64,000 nucleotides of DNA from Glaucostegus cemiculus (lineage: Eukaryota), in contig CDPCPM010000005.1 in the NCBI GenBank assembly GCA_976551045.1, forward strand, positions 12,462,001-12,526,000, read 5' to 3'. The translations under genes were made by a program, and so were the position numbers. The notes under the pieces are model-generated. The model made no database searches and was not told the origin of the DNA. It saw only the letters and a list, made by a program, of their open reading frames with translations. Position 1 is the stretch's first letter. Every line of letters begins with the position of its first letter. This document shows, piece by piece, positions 54,601-64,000 of the stretch.

Positions 54601-56807
54601 GCTGAGATATTTTCAGGTAAGATTTCAATTTTGATCTTAATGAATAAATGTATTTCATTTGTAATCTATCTCTGTTAAATGTCAAAGTATCAGGGTTTGT
54701 TTTTTCTCAGTAATTGTCCATTACATTAACTATTGTCTATTCCAAGGTGCTTGATGCCAGTGAGTGGCTTTTATACAATTCCTGCTGCATGCTGCACTGT
54801 TGTGAAGGTGGAGGAAAGATTAAGCAGTTGAGGCATGGGTCATGGATTTGGGTCTGGAGCAGTTGTAGATCAGGGCCAGTCAGGATCTACTTGTGGGGGT
54901 CCCAGGGTCATGCATTAAGCCTGGAAAGGTTTGTATATTGGTGAATTTGGGGTAGTTCAAAGGTCATGAACTCAGCAAGGGCACCTCTGACTAAGAGCTG
55001 GTAAGTGGTTAAATTAAAGGAAACTATCAAAGTTGGGTTGCCGCACTAGGCTGGAACCTGTTCAGGGAGGTCTCCTGTAAATAGTGCTGTTGTAGAGATA
55101 ACCGGTTGGCTCAGGAAACTTGCAATTGAGGGGAAGTGCACAGTTAAATTCCCAGAGTGGTTCAATTTGACATAGCAATTATCATAATCACATCCCTTAC
55201 TAAAAATAATTGTTTCAGGAACATTGATGTTCACAAAGTAAACTAAAACTATAAACAAAAAGAAAATTCAGCTGTGAATAGTGAACTCAGTATACTAGAT
55301 TGGGATTGCTGCTGCTTCTGAAAAAACTTTGGCTCCCTGGATGGTGAGAAGGGAAGAGGTGAAAGGACAAGTGTTGCATTGCCTGAGTTTCAAGGGAAAG
55401 TGCCATAAGATGGGGTGTGGTTGGTCAGAAGAGTAGAGTAGGGAGTCTTGAAGGGAATACTCTGCAAAATGCTGAAAGGGGTGGAGAGGGGAAGATGTGT
55501 CTGGTGGCAGAAGTTGCAGAGAATGATCTCTTGAATAAGGAGGATGTTGAGGTGGAAGTTAAAGACATTGAGGTGGAAGGGGAGGACAAGGGAAACACTC
55601 TATCCTTGTTCTGTCCTGTAGGGGAAGTGGACAAGATGCGGTCAAGGGTTTTATTAAAAATGGTGAAGTGGAAGCAATAGTTCAGGAAGTTTGTATAATT
55701 AACCATAAACAGTGTGCAGAATTTGACTTGTAAATGAATGGCACTCTTTTATTGAATTTATAGGTTTGGTATATGGCTTTAATGTAAATGCTAACAAAGT
55801 GATACAACAGATCGCTAACAAGAAAGGAATAAAAATCAAATTGTATAAGGTTATCTACCAGCTCATTGATGACCTCAAGGATGAATTGAGTGCCAAATTA
55901 CCCCCAGTGCTTGAAGAAACCGTAATAGGTATGTTTTGGGTTTTGTATCTTATAACATAATTGAGCATTGTTCAGTACAGTTTTCTAAACTCGCCTGTTT
56001 CCGTATGTAATTATAACTTAATATATCTGTTTTCTTCTTAGATACATTTCAGAGCTGGTTTTACCTAAACTGTTTTGTTTTCAGGAGAGGCATCAGTGTT
56101 AGCACTTTTCCGTGTGACAGTGGGAAAAAAGGAGGTTCCTGTAGCAGGTTGTAGAGTCCACAAGGGTCAGTTGCACAGAAAGATGAAGTTTAAGCTCATC
56201 CGTGATGGGCATATTTTGTGGAGAGGTATGTTTTGCTCTTGTGCAGGTCTGTTTATATTGTGTGTGCTTTGTGGTTTTATAATACCATTGCATGCAAAAC
56301 TGCTGCAAGAGAACAAATTTCCAAGAGTGGTTTAGCATCAAGTATTTAAATGGACTTTTGCAAAATATCCATTTGTCAGATAATTTGTCCACAGCATGTC
56401 CTTTCCCCTTTACAATAGCCCATCACAAATTATTTTTCGTCCTAGAAGGCAAATTATTTGTCTGCTGTGTTGACGTATGAAGGTTATTGCTGTAGTGGTG
56501 GGAGAGACATTGGAAAAGCATAAGAGAAACCAACAAATCAGAAAAAGTGTACTTTTTAAACTGTTTATCTAGGGAGAGTGTTTGTGACTAGTAGAGTAAA
56601 GCCCAGTAAAACAAATATTTTTCCCTACTCTGTTCAGGTTCCCTGACTTCTCTCAGACATCTGAAGGATGATGTCTCCGTTGTGAAGACTGGCATGGAAT
56701 GTGGCCTTAGCTTGGATAATGATGTTGATATAAAGCTTGGTGACGAAATTATTTGTTATGAAGAAAAGGAAGTTCCACAAAGTATCTCTTGGGATCCAGG
56801 ATTTTAA
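33429..56807 (+). CDS. MTIF2: Mitochondrial translation initiation factor IF-2, 13 coding exons, 718 aa
   Basis: Exons 33429-33626, 37196-37304, 37933-38104, 46205-46365, 48443-48619, 50188-50327, 51086-51210, 52246-52450, 53342-53594, 54476-54616, 55764-55928, 56085-56225, 56638-56807 sum to 2157 nt in one frame. G1 GHVDHGKT, G2 GITQ, G3 DTPG, G4 NKCD, G5 SAL; ends SWDPGF*. Confidence 0.97.
35153..35940 (-). mobile_element. Young non-autonomous retroelement (Rex-Babar-like ends) with internal GC-rich tandem array
   Basis: 5' end ccaagatggcggcgcacacag, 3' end gacaataaactgattctgaat; CpGs intact; sits inside an old CR1 remnant. Confidence 0.65.
35461..35612 (+). repeat. 38-bp minisatellite x4, flanked by degenerate 23-bp units (about 35340-35660)
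   Basis: ccccgcagtccgaccacctccggctccttcgcctctgg starting at 35461, 35499, 35537 and 35575. Confidence 0.95.
37196..37304 (+). CDS. MTIF2: MTIF2 exon (GTFKNAEVK...[14 protein letters not shown])
   Basis: aaaag|GGA, G|gtaagc. Confidence 0.85.
37933..38104 (+). CDS. MTIF2: MTIF2 exon ([12 protein letters not shown]...[15 protein letters not shown]...KDAVK)
   Basis: atctag|AT, AG|gtaggt. Confidence 0.93.
41357..42200 (+). mobile_element. Nested 5'-truncated CR1
   Basis: [29 protein letters not shown]...; ends atgttctatgttct. Confidence 0.9.
42455..45367 (+). mobile_element. Nested CR1 with near-complete but frameshifted ORF2 (APE and RT)
   Basis: [62 protein letters not shown]; ends atgctctgtgactc. 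Confidence 0.92.
46205..46365 (+). CDS. MTIF2: MTIF2 exon (G1 [10 protein letters not shown]2 [10 protein letters not shown])
   Basis: tttcag|A, G|gtatgt. Confidence 0.97.
47770..48002 (-). mobile_element. tRNA-derived V-SINE (HE1-like) with CR1-type tail
   Basis: A box tagcgtagcgg, B box gttcgattc, V domain gggtttcctccgggtgctc(c/t)ggtttcctcccaca, tail gggcctgttaccgtgctgtaaataaa. Confidence 0.9.
48443..48619 (+). CDS. MTIF2: MTIF2 exon (G3 DTPGHAAF)
   Basis: acacag|TG, G|gtaaat. Confidence 0.97.
48780..49075 (+). mobile_element. Old Deu-domain SINE (SacSINE1-like) remnant
   Basis: gaggga...tgcactgt...aaacattaaac...ggccagtattta...tctggccattgtcacattg pattern. Confidence 0.55.
49910..50146 (-). 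mobile_element. tRNA-derived V-SINE (same family as 47770-48002)
   Basis: Closely similar to the 47770 copy along its whole length. Confidence 0.9.
50188..50327 (+). CDS. MTIF2: MTIF2 exon (G4 NKCD, G5 ISALK)
   Basis: ttacag|TT, AAG|gtaact. Confidence 0.96.
51086..51210 (+). CDS. MTIF2: MTIF2 exon ([23 protein letters not shown]...DKGK)
   Basis: ttttag|GGA, GG|gtaagt. Confidence 0.95.
51795..52185 (+). mobile_element. Old Deu-domain SINE (SacSINE1-like) remnant
   Basis: tgagtcagaa...ttaaacc...gtgggacgtaaaaga...catg..actat.ttgaag pattern. Confidence 0.55.
52246..52450 (+). CDS. MTIF2: MTIF2 exon (domain II: [14 protein letters not shown]...[14 protein letters not shown])
   Basis: tgatag|A, GAG|gtaagg. 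Confidence 0.96.
52690..53120 (+). mobile_element. Decayed CR1 3' fragment
   Basis: [22 protein letters not shown] in ORF 52867-53181. Confidence 0.75.
53342..53594 (+). CDS. MTIF2: MTIF2 exon including the vertebrate IF1-substituting insertion
   Basis: gcacag|CAA, G|gtaaat; [10 protein letters not shown]...[24 protein letters not shown]...LPIIVK. Confidence 0.94.
54476..54616 (+). CDS. MTIF2: MTIF2 exon ([11 protein letters not shown]...[12 protein letters not shown])
   Basis: ctgtag|GT, G|gtaaga. Confidence 0.96.
55325..55680 (-). mobile_element. Penelope-like fragment
   Basis: Minus-strand DRVFPL...[14 protein letters not shown] resembles the PLE RT-GIY linker seen at 24600-24800 and 30480-30700. 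Confidence 0.6.
55764..55928 (+). CDS. MTIF2: MTIF2 exon (VYGFNVNA...[13 protein letters not shown])
   Basis: ttatag|GT, G|gtatgt. Confidence 0.96.
56085..56225 (+). CDS. MTIF2: MTIF2 exon (GEASVLALF...VAGCRVHKG...ILWR)
   Basis: tttcag|GA, G|gtatgt. Confidence 0.96.
56638..56807 (+). CDS. MTIF2: MTIF2 last coding exon ([12 protein letters not shown]...GMECGLSL...SWDPGF*)
   Basis: gttcag|GT, TAA at 56805-56807. Confidence 0.96.
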
Positions 56808-57088
56808 GCCTCATTGCTCCCAGGAACCTTCTTTTAATTTTTTAATATAATTAAATTGCACTACCTTTATAAACTCTGTCCAGTAAAATGGATTAAACAG
56901 ACAAGACATGTTTTTGTTGTACTTGAACTACTCTTTGGAATGCAGACTGCTAAAAAGACTGTTGTTCATATGTCTTATCACTTCTCATGGAAGTATCATT
57001 AAGCATTTTGTAAGGAATTAATTTATTGTTTAGTGGAGCAGTGCAGAAGATCTTTCGAACATAACAAGATCCCCAAAATAAGCCTGAA

Positions 57089-57094
57089 AATAAA
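57089..57094 (+). terminator. Candidate MTIF2 polyadenylation signal (alternative at 57734-57739)
   Basis: AATAAA about 280 nt after the stop codon. Confidence 0.4.
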
Positions 57095-58049
57095 ATGACA
57101 AAATCAGTCTATGACCCAGAAGGTTTCAAACCACAGTTTGAAATACTGTAAGTATTGTATTTGATTTTAGTTGCATTTTTGATCAATTAAATATGGTAAA
57201 AGTAGATTGTGCAAAATGGTAATGTATATAGTGTAATTTTAGATTGGAGCTGTGCTCTTGACAATGGGTTACTAACAATAACAGTTTTTAATACAAAGGA
57301 TTTGACTCAATCTAATTTTTGACGATGAAGATCTATATGAGAGTTAAGCTGCATCTTGGTCTCCATTTGTAATTACAGTATATGCAGGAGATCCATTCTC
57401 AGCATTTTGTCCATGGGGATAATGTGATTCAGGCCATGAAGGAGCTTTGATTGGAAAGGCAACAGGAAGATAGTTATACTTTGACCATTGTTCCACAGAT
57501 CCCTCAATTTGAAAGTGAAAAGGGGAAAAAATAGATTCAAATCAATCATCCTGTAAGTTCAAAAAATTGTAATTTTCAAATTGATTTCAGTTTATATAAT
57601 AAGTACATGAACATTGTTAAATACCTCTTGAAAATTTATTACTGCACAAAATGTTTATCTCACTTTGGCATTGATTTTGATTCCAAAAATTAGACAAGTT
57701 AATGTAAAATTTTGGAAGTGGAGACATTTGCGCAATAAAGGTGGTGCATTTGGTTTGTGGAAGAGACAAGTTCTGCCCAAATTGAGATGGTGTCATTATC
57801 TGTTAAACATCAAAGAATAACTATGGGACATATTTTAATCACATTTTAATTTTGCTGATATGTGCCTTTATGACTATTAGTACCATGCGATATTTACTTT
57901 TTCCCTTTTGACTAAGGATTTTCACAAGACCTTTCATCCATCCCTAATAAGATAAATTTTGAAATTGAGCTCTTTTGTTTTTCCACTGCTTTCAATTCTT
58001 TGTCCTGGAATCTTCATTCTGCATCTTTGTTTTTTTACAAATTCTGATC

Positions 58050-60870
58050 CACCCTGGATCCCTCCATCTTTGCTTTAGAAATTGCCAGCATGTTACTAAT
58101 ATCTCAGTTTTTTTCATTTGACTTGCTTGCTCTAACCTGTCTACCTCTGAACCTGCGGCGCTCTATTCACCCTAATCAACCCAAATGTTGTCATTGAACT
58201 TGTCAACAAGGACTGTGCTTTTATTTGGCAAACTGACTTCTGCCTTGCAGAGGTAGAATGCCAAGTCTCTTGACACTACTTACTCCCTCCCTCTAGATCA
58301 CAACCCATCTTCCAGTATCAGGTAAATGTTTCCCATATGGTCACTGACTTCAATTCCTCAGGTTATTTTCTGTCAACAGCTTTCAATCTCATTGCCCCTG
58401 AAAATGATCAGTCCTCTTCTGCCTCTTCCTATGATCACTTACATTTCCCTTTCCTGACTGTTGCAGTCCCCTGGAACATTTCACTTGGTCCTATTTGTGT
58501 CTCATCCTTCACTTTTTCCAGTGCAGTTCTGTCTCCTGCTCTTGCCCTGAATTAGGAAACCTCATCACATTATAACCTAGTTCTCATCTTTGCATTACCT
58601 ATCGCCAACGCTTCCCTTGGACTGTTCTATTGCCATTTCAAGGGGAAGGCAAGAGACTGGTATTCACTACATACTCTCCCAGTTATCTTGACTATACTTC
58701 CTCCCATGCTGCTTTCAAATAGGATGCCATTCCTTTCACTCAGGTTTTCTGTTTTCAAGGCATCTTTGCTGATGATAAATTGGTTTATTGTTGTCACATG
58801 TACCGAGGTACAGTGAAAAACCTATCTTGCATACCATCCATACAGATCAATTCATTACAACAGTGCACGGAGGTAGTACAAGGTAAAATCAATAACAGAG
58901 TGCAGAATAAAAAGTGTTGCAATACAGAGAGTGCAGGGCAAGTAGACAGTAAGGTGCAAGGTCACAACAAGGTAGACTGCAAGATCAAGAGTCCATTTTA
59001 TCATACAAGGGAACCATTCAATAGCGGAATAGAAGCTGTCCTTGAGCCTGGTGGTATGTGCTTTCAGGCTTTTGTACCTTCTGCCCAAAGGGAGGGGAAG
59101 AAGAGTGAATGTCTGTGGTGGGTGGGATCTTTGATTATGCTGGTTGCTTTAATGAGGCAGTAAGAAGTATAGACAGAGTCCATGGAGGGGAGGTTGCTTT
59201 CCGTGCTGAGCTGTGTCCACTACTCTGTAGTTTCTTGCGGTCACAGGCAGAGCAGTTGCCATATCAAGCCACGGTGTATCCGGATAGGTTGCTTTCAACG
59301 GTGCATCAATAAAAATTGATGAGGGTCAAAGGAGACATGCCAAATTTCTTTAACCTCCTGAGGAAGTAGAGGCACTGGTGAGCTTTCTTGGCTATGATGT
59401 CAACATGGTCGGACCAGGACAGTCTATTGTTGATGTTCACTCCTCGGAACTTGAAACTCTCAACTCTCTTGACCTCCACCATTGATGTAAACAGGAGCAT
59501 GTGCACCACCCCCTTTCATGAAATCAATAACCAGCTATTTTGTTTTGCTGACATTGAGGGAAAGGTTGTTGTCATGACACCATGTTACTAGCCTCTCTTT
59601 CTCCTTCCTGTACTCCGACTCATCATTATTTGAGATATGGCCCACTGTGGTGGTATTATCTGCAAACTTGTAGATGGAGTTAGAGCAGAATCTGGCCACA
59701 CAGTCGTTAGTTTATAGGGAGTAGAGTAGGAGGCTGAGGACGCAGCCTTGTGCGGTACCAGTGTTGAGAATAATCATGGAGGAGGTGCTGCTGCCTATCC
59801 TTACTGATTGTGGTCTGTTGGTCATGTAGTCTAGGATCCAGTTGCAAAGGGGGGTGTTGAGTCCCAGATTTAGGAGTTTGCTCCTTTCATGAATGCTTCC
59901 ATTATGTCACCTTCCATGATGGCTTCAATGGAAACTAATGGAAATACTCGGCAGGTCAGGCATAGAAAGAAAGAGTTGACATTTAAGGTTGATATTTCAG
60001 AAGAACTGCGAAAATGTGGAAATTAAACATGTTTGAAGTTCCAGGAAAGGAGAGAATAAAGGGTAGAGACCAAGAGAGACTAAATGACAAAGATGGCAAT
60101 GTTGACTGAGAGGGGGTAATGAGAGCTTGTTAATAACCTATGATCTGATCTGTTTGGAGGAGGTGTAAATAAAGTAAGATGAACAGAAACAGAGGGGACG
60201 GGAAAAATGCCCTCAAATAGGTTTCCCTTTTTTCTTAGTGTACCTGCCACCATTTTTGCTGTCGCTCCTTCCATTCTCAGACTCAGGATGAGATTTCCCT
60301 GGTTCTCACTTTCCACCCCATCAGTCTTCACAGTCAAGGGATGAATCTCGCACCTTTTCTTATACCTCCAATGTGATGCCAACACTGAAAGCATCTTCTC
60401 CTCTTTCAGTATTATGAAAAGACCAGTCTCTCTGGGCTGCTCTGTTTCTCTATTTCCTCTCCACCAATATCCAGTTCCCTTCTCTCGACCAATCAGTGGA
60501 AGTGCAACAGCTGCCCTTTTGTCTTCTCATTTTCTGAAGTTACACAGATACTTTATTATGAGGGAGGAATTCAAATGTAATACTTCCAATTTAGTGTACT
60601 GGCTTTGCTACTCATGACAAGGTCCTCTCTAAATTGGGGAGACCAGATTGGGGAGTGCTTTGTGAACACCTTTCAATCCACAGTTGTGATCCCAAGTTTC
60701 TAGTCCCTTGGCACTTCTTAATTCTTTTTTTGCATTCCTACTTTAATCTGTCTTTAACCTCTGGCACTATTTCAGAAATATTCGATGTAAGACTGAAAGC
60801 CGATCCTTGCCTTCCAAGCTGGCACATCACAGCCTTTAGGACTCTGTATTGAGTTCAATAATTTTGGGTT
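58050..60870 (+). mobile_element. Decayed Penelope-like element (RT to GIY-YIG) interrupted by nested insertions
   Basis: NPNVVI...NK...W.TD..LAE (58175-58260), YLDYTSSH...DAIPF (58683-58740), PLVLTFHP-like (about 60295), FKCNTSNLVYW...IGET (60570-60645). Confidence 0.7.
58779..59879 (-). mobile_element. Rex1/Babar-like LINE 3' portion nested in the Penelope relic
   Basis: YKFADNTTVVG, VESFKFRGVNI...KKAHQCLYFLRRLKKFGM, HTTRLKDSFY motifs; 3' end catgtgacaacaataaac. Confidence 0.8.
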
Positions 60871-61059
60871 TTCAGCATATCTAGCATTTTTATTCCAGAA
60901 TTCAACATTCATTTCATATTCTTAGGGATTTTTTTTCTCCATCTGAGGGTCATGAGCCTTTGGAACACTCTTCCTCAAAGGACAGTGGAAGCAGTCTTTG
61001 AATGTTTTTAAACCAGAGTTAGGTTGTTGATAAGCAAGGGAGTGAAAGATTACCAATGT

Positions 61060-61358
61060 AGATAAGATCTCTTTATTAGTCACATGTACATCGAAACGCA
61101 CAGTAAAATACACCTTTTGCGTAGTGATTTGGGGGGGAGCAGCCCGCAAGTGTCGCCAAGCTTTCCAGCACCAACATAGCATGCCCATAACTTCCTAATC
61201 TGTATGTGGTTGGAATGTGGGAGGAAACCGGAGCACCCAGAAGAAACCCACACAGACATAGGGAGAATGTACGAACTCCTTACAGACAATGGCTGGATTT
61301 GAACCCTGGTCGCTGGCGCTGTAAAGCATTATGCTAACCACTATGCTATCGTACTGTG
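61060..61358 (-). mobile_element. tRNA-derived V-SINE with a different (Rex-Babar-like) tail
   Basis: Same head and V domain as the 47770 copy; tail ...gtttcgatgtacatgtgactaataaagagatcttatc. Confidence 0.8.
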
Positions 61359-62587
61359 CGTGAGAATATAGAATTGAGGTTACAATCAGATTACCTGTGA
61401 GGAGAAATCTCAAGGGGTCATATAGCCTATTCCTGCTAATTTGTATGCTTTTTGAACCCTGGTACCTTTCATCTTACGGTATACTACTTTCACCTATCAC
61501 CTATCACATTCTCTCTTTCCCAATCTCTCTGCATCTTAAAACTTGATTTGTCTCAGATCTGATGAAAGGTCATCAACTCAAAATAAAAACTTTTTTTCTC
61601 TCTCACCATTATTGCCTGATTTTCTGAGTATTTTTGGAATTTGTTGTTATTTCAATTTTTGTTTATGCTTATTCCAAGATCAGAGTTTTTAAGAGTAAAT
61701 ATATAGAAGATAAATGTATGCAGTAGTAGGACATTGGGGGCCTTCATTCAAAAAGGACATACCTTCATCAAAATATTAAAAGTCTAATTCCCTAATATCA
61801 GCATGCTGGCAATGTAGCTATTTAAAGATTGTTTTCTTGCTTAGGTGCTCAGCCACTATCATATCAGCCAGATGAAATTTAAGAAAATTCTTACGTCACT
61901 CAAATATGCATAAAAAAATATCTGGTCCATTTTCACATTTTAAAAGGATATGCATATTCCTCACTTGTTTAGTTTGAACTAATTTTATAAAAACAAGTTT
62001 TCATTCAGTGAATTTGTCAATTCTGGATTCCTTGAATAACTAAATTTGTAAGAAAATCTTGTGCAATTGTATTTGCTTCAAAATATTGCAGCATTTTTAC
62101 TTTAAAGTTTTTAATGTTTAATATTTCAACACTGCTGCAGATATATCATTTTGGTTTTGTCTTAGGGCTTACAATCTGATGCTGATTGAGCAGCAGTTCA
62201 GTGCCTCATGAGAGTGCTGCAAGGTGTAACTGTTAATGGGGAAATGGTGCTGGGAGGCTCAGATGTTGCTGCTCCTCTGAAATTAGTGCAGCAATTTAGA
62301 AACGCCTGTGGACTGGCATGGGCACTGATGAGGCCACTTAATTAATTCTTACTTGTTTTTAAATTCAGCATTCTGTCTCTTGTGATATTCATATTTTCTA
62401 ACTGTGTAAAAGTGCAGGTTTTATGGGTTCCCCAAAGTACTATTAATTCTGTAACCTACTTTGAGATGTACATTAATTTCTCATTCTATATTTTCTTACC
62501 AATCAATATTTTTGTTTGCACAGTGATGAGTTCTTCATCTGCACTTGTAGTGGATGTTGTTTTGCCGATATCTAAATAGATCTTGGA

Positions 62588-62770
62588 GACACAAGAAATT
62601 GCCAGTGCTGGAATCTGGAGAAAAAACAGCTGGAGGAACTCAGTGGGTTAGCAGCATCTGTGGAGGCAAAGGGATGCGGGGTCACAACCCAAAAGAATGA
62701 AAATCCCTTTCCTTCCACAGATGCTGCATAACCTGCTGAGTTCTTCCAGCAGTTTGTTTTTTTTGTTCTA
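62588..62770. mobile_element. Foldback element of inverted Penelope terminal-repeat halves
   Basis: gctggaggaactcag...gcagcatctgtgga vs tccacagatgctgc...ctgagttcttccagc. Confidence 0.75.
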
Positions 62771-63794
62771 AATGCATGTTACAGCCTTAATAATTTCATT
62801 GATAATCTTGCTTGGTTTTAATGTGATCTTGATTTGTATGGTTACCAATTTTTTTTCAAGTATTTTGTAGCATTCAAAATATATTTATGAAGCGCTTAAA
62901 TCAAACATCTCAAAATGATTTTTAGACTTTAGGTTTTACAAATGTTAAAACTTTTCTGAATTTTCAAAGCCCATCATGCTCCATTATCAAAAACCCCAGG
63001 GTTCTATTGCATGCTAGAGATCTAAAGAACTGTCCTTTTATAGGACTTGGCCATTTCTTTTGGTCTTATATATATAGATCTATTTCAATTTGTTATAGAA
63101 AAATGCATGAAAACAGATGTGTACCAGATATGCTGCTTCTAAAAATTCATAAAAATGCAGAATTATATTAATGAAGCTACTTGTTTTAGCAGATAATTAT
63201 ATTTTTGCCAACATTATAACATCAAAATATGGTTAAATGTTGTTTTAAAATTTTTAAGTGTAGAGGTTCTTTTAGTTGCCGTTAGGGGCATTTCCTGCAG
63301 GTAGTTTCAGAGACACAACACAAACCAAGGGTTTGGGGATGGGCAAGGAGGAAGAGTTTAGGTTCACTATTCCAGGAATCTTGTATTTTTTTTAACTTTG
63401 TAATAGTAATTGTCTCTGGCACTATCTATGGTAAATTCAACAATCTCTCTGTCCTAACTGCTTTCATCTTGTGTATTTGTCCCCTCTGCTTTATCTTTTA
63501 CCAATTCTCTCCAGCCTCTCCCTGTCCCAGAAGATGCACTTAACTTGCATTTCATGCCCCAATGCTTCTTCTGTACACCCCTGGTTACTATCACTTCAAT
63601 ATATTCTCTTTCAAATTACCTGCCCTACTCTGAAATCCATCCTTTTGCTGTCACCTGACCAATAATCCTCTCGTCATTCCTATCCTCTTTATCCAATTTC
63701 AAAAGGCCAGGGCTACTTCCTAATTCCACCTTTAACTTATTTTTTTTCCTAACCTTGACTTTTATTCTGCAGGGGTTTTATTTAAATTTTTATT

Positions 63795-64000
63795 TTTATT
63801 TACGGCGTGGTAACAGGCCCTTTTGGCCCAATGAGTCTGCGCCGCCCATTTTAAACCCCCAAATTAACCTACCCGTACATGTTTTTTTTAGCATGTGGGA
63901 GGAAACCGGAGCACCCGGAGGAAATCTGCAGACATGGGAGAACATACAAACTCCTTACAGACAGCGATGGGAATTGAACCCCGATCGCTGGCGCTGTAAC
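63795..64000 (-). mobile_element. tRNA-derived V-SINE (cut by the window edge)
   Basis: Same family as the 47770 and 49910 copies. Confidence 0.88.

Noticed and set aside
62295-62340. GAAAC...CTGATGAG as a permuted hammerhead ribozyme
   Set aside because: No stem III or GUH cleavage triplet can be formed between the two core motifs.
56808-64000. RPS27A expected tail-to-tail with MTIF2 from human synteny
   Set aside because: No ubiquitin or S27a coding sequence was recognised on either strand.

Overview
Vertebrate genomic DNA, most likely a cartilaginous fish (ray or shark), judged from V-SINE/HE1-type SINEs, Deu-domain SINEs and CR1, L2, Rex-Babar and Penelope relics. I reconstructed three intron-containing genes from GT-AG boundaries and reading-frame continuity. 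(1) The last 9 coding exons (288-14256, +) of an MSK-type dual-domain kinase (RPS6KA4/RPS6KA5 family). (2) An intact 2-exon PRORSD1 (ProXp-ala/PrdX tRNA deacylase, 170 aa, -). (3) A complete 13-coding-exon MTIF2 (718 aa, +), head-to-head with PRORSD1. Top finding: no MSK gene lies beside PRORSD1P/MTIF2 in human. The kinase sits where a third MSK ohnolog is expected (CCDC88A side; compare CCDC88B-RPS6KA4 and CCDC88C-RPS6KA5). It has mosaic MSK1/MSK2 residues, a remodelled alphaG segment, a shortened autoinhibitory alphaL region and a C-terminal class I PDZ-binding motif. Comparisons to human proteins and synteny are from memory, not from searches. Repeat boundaries are approximate.
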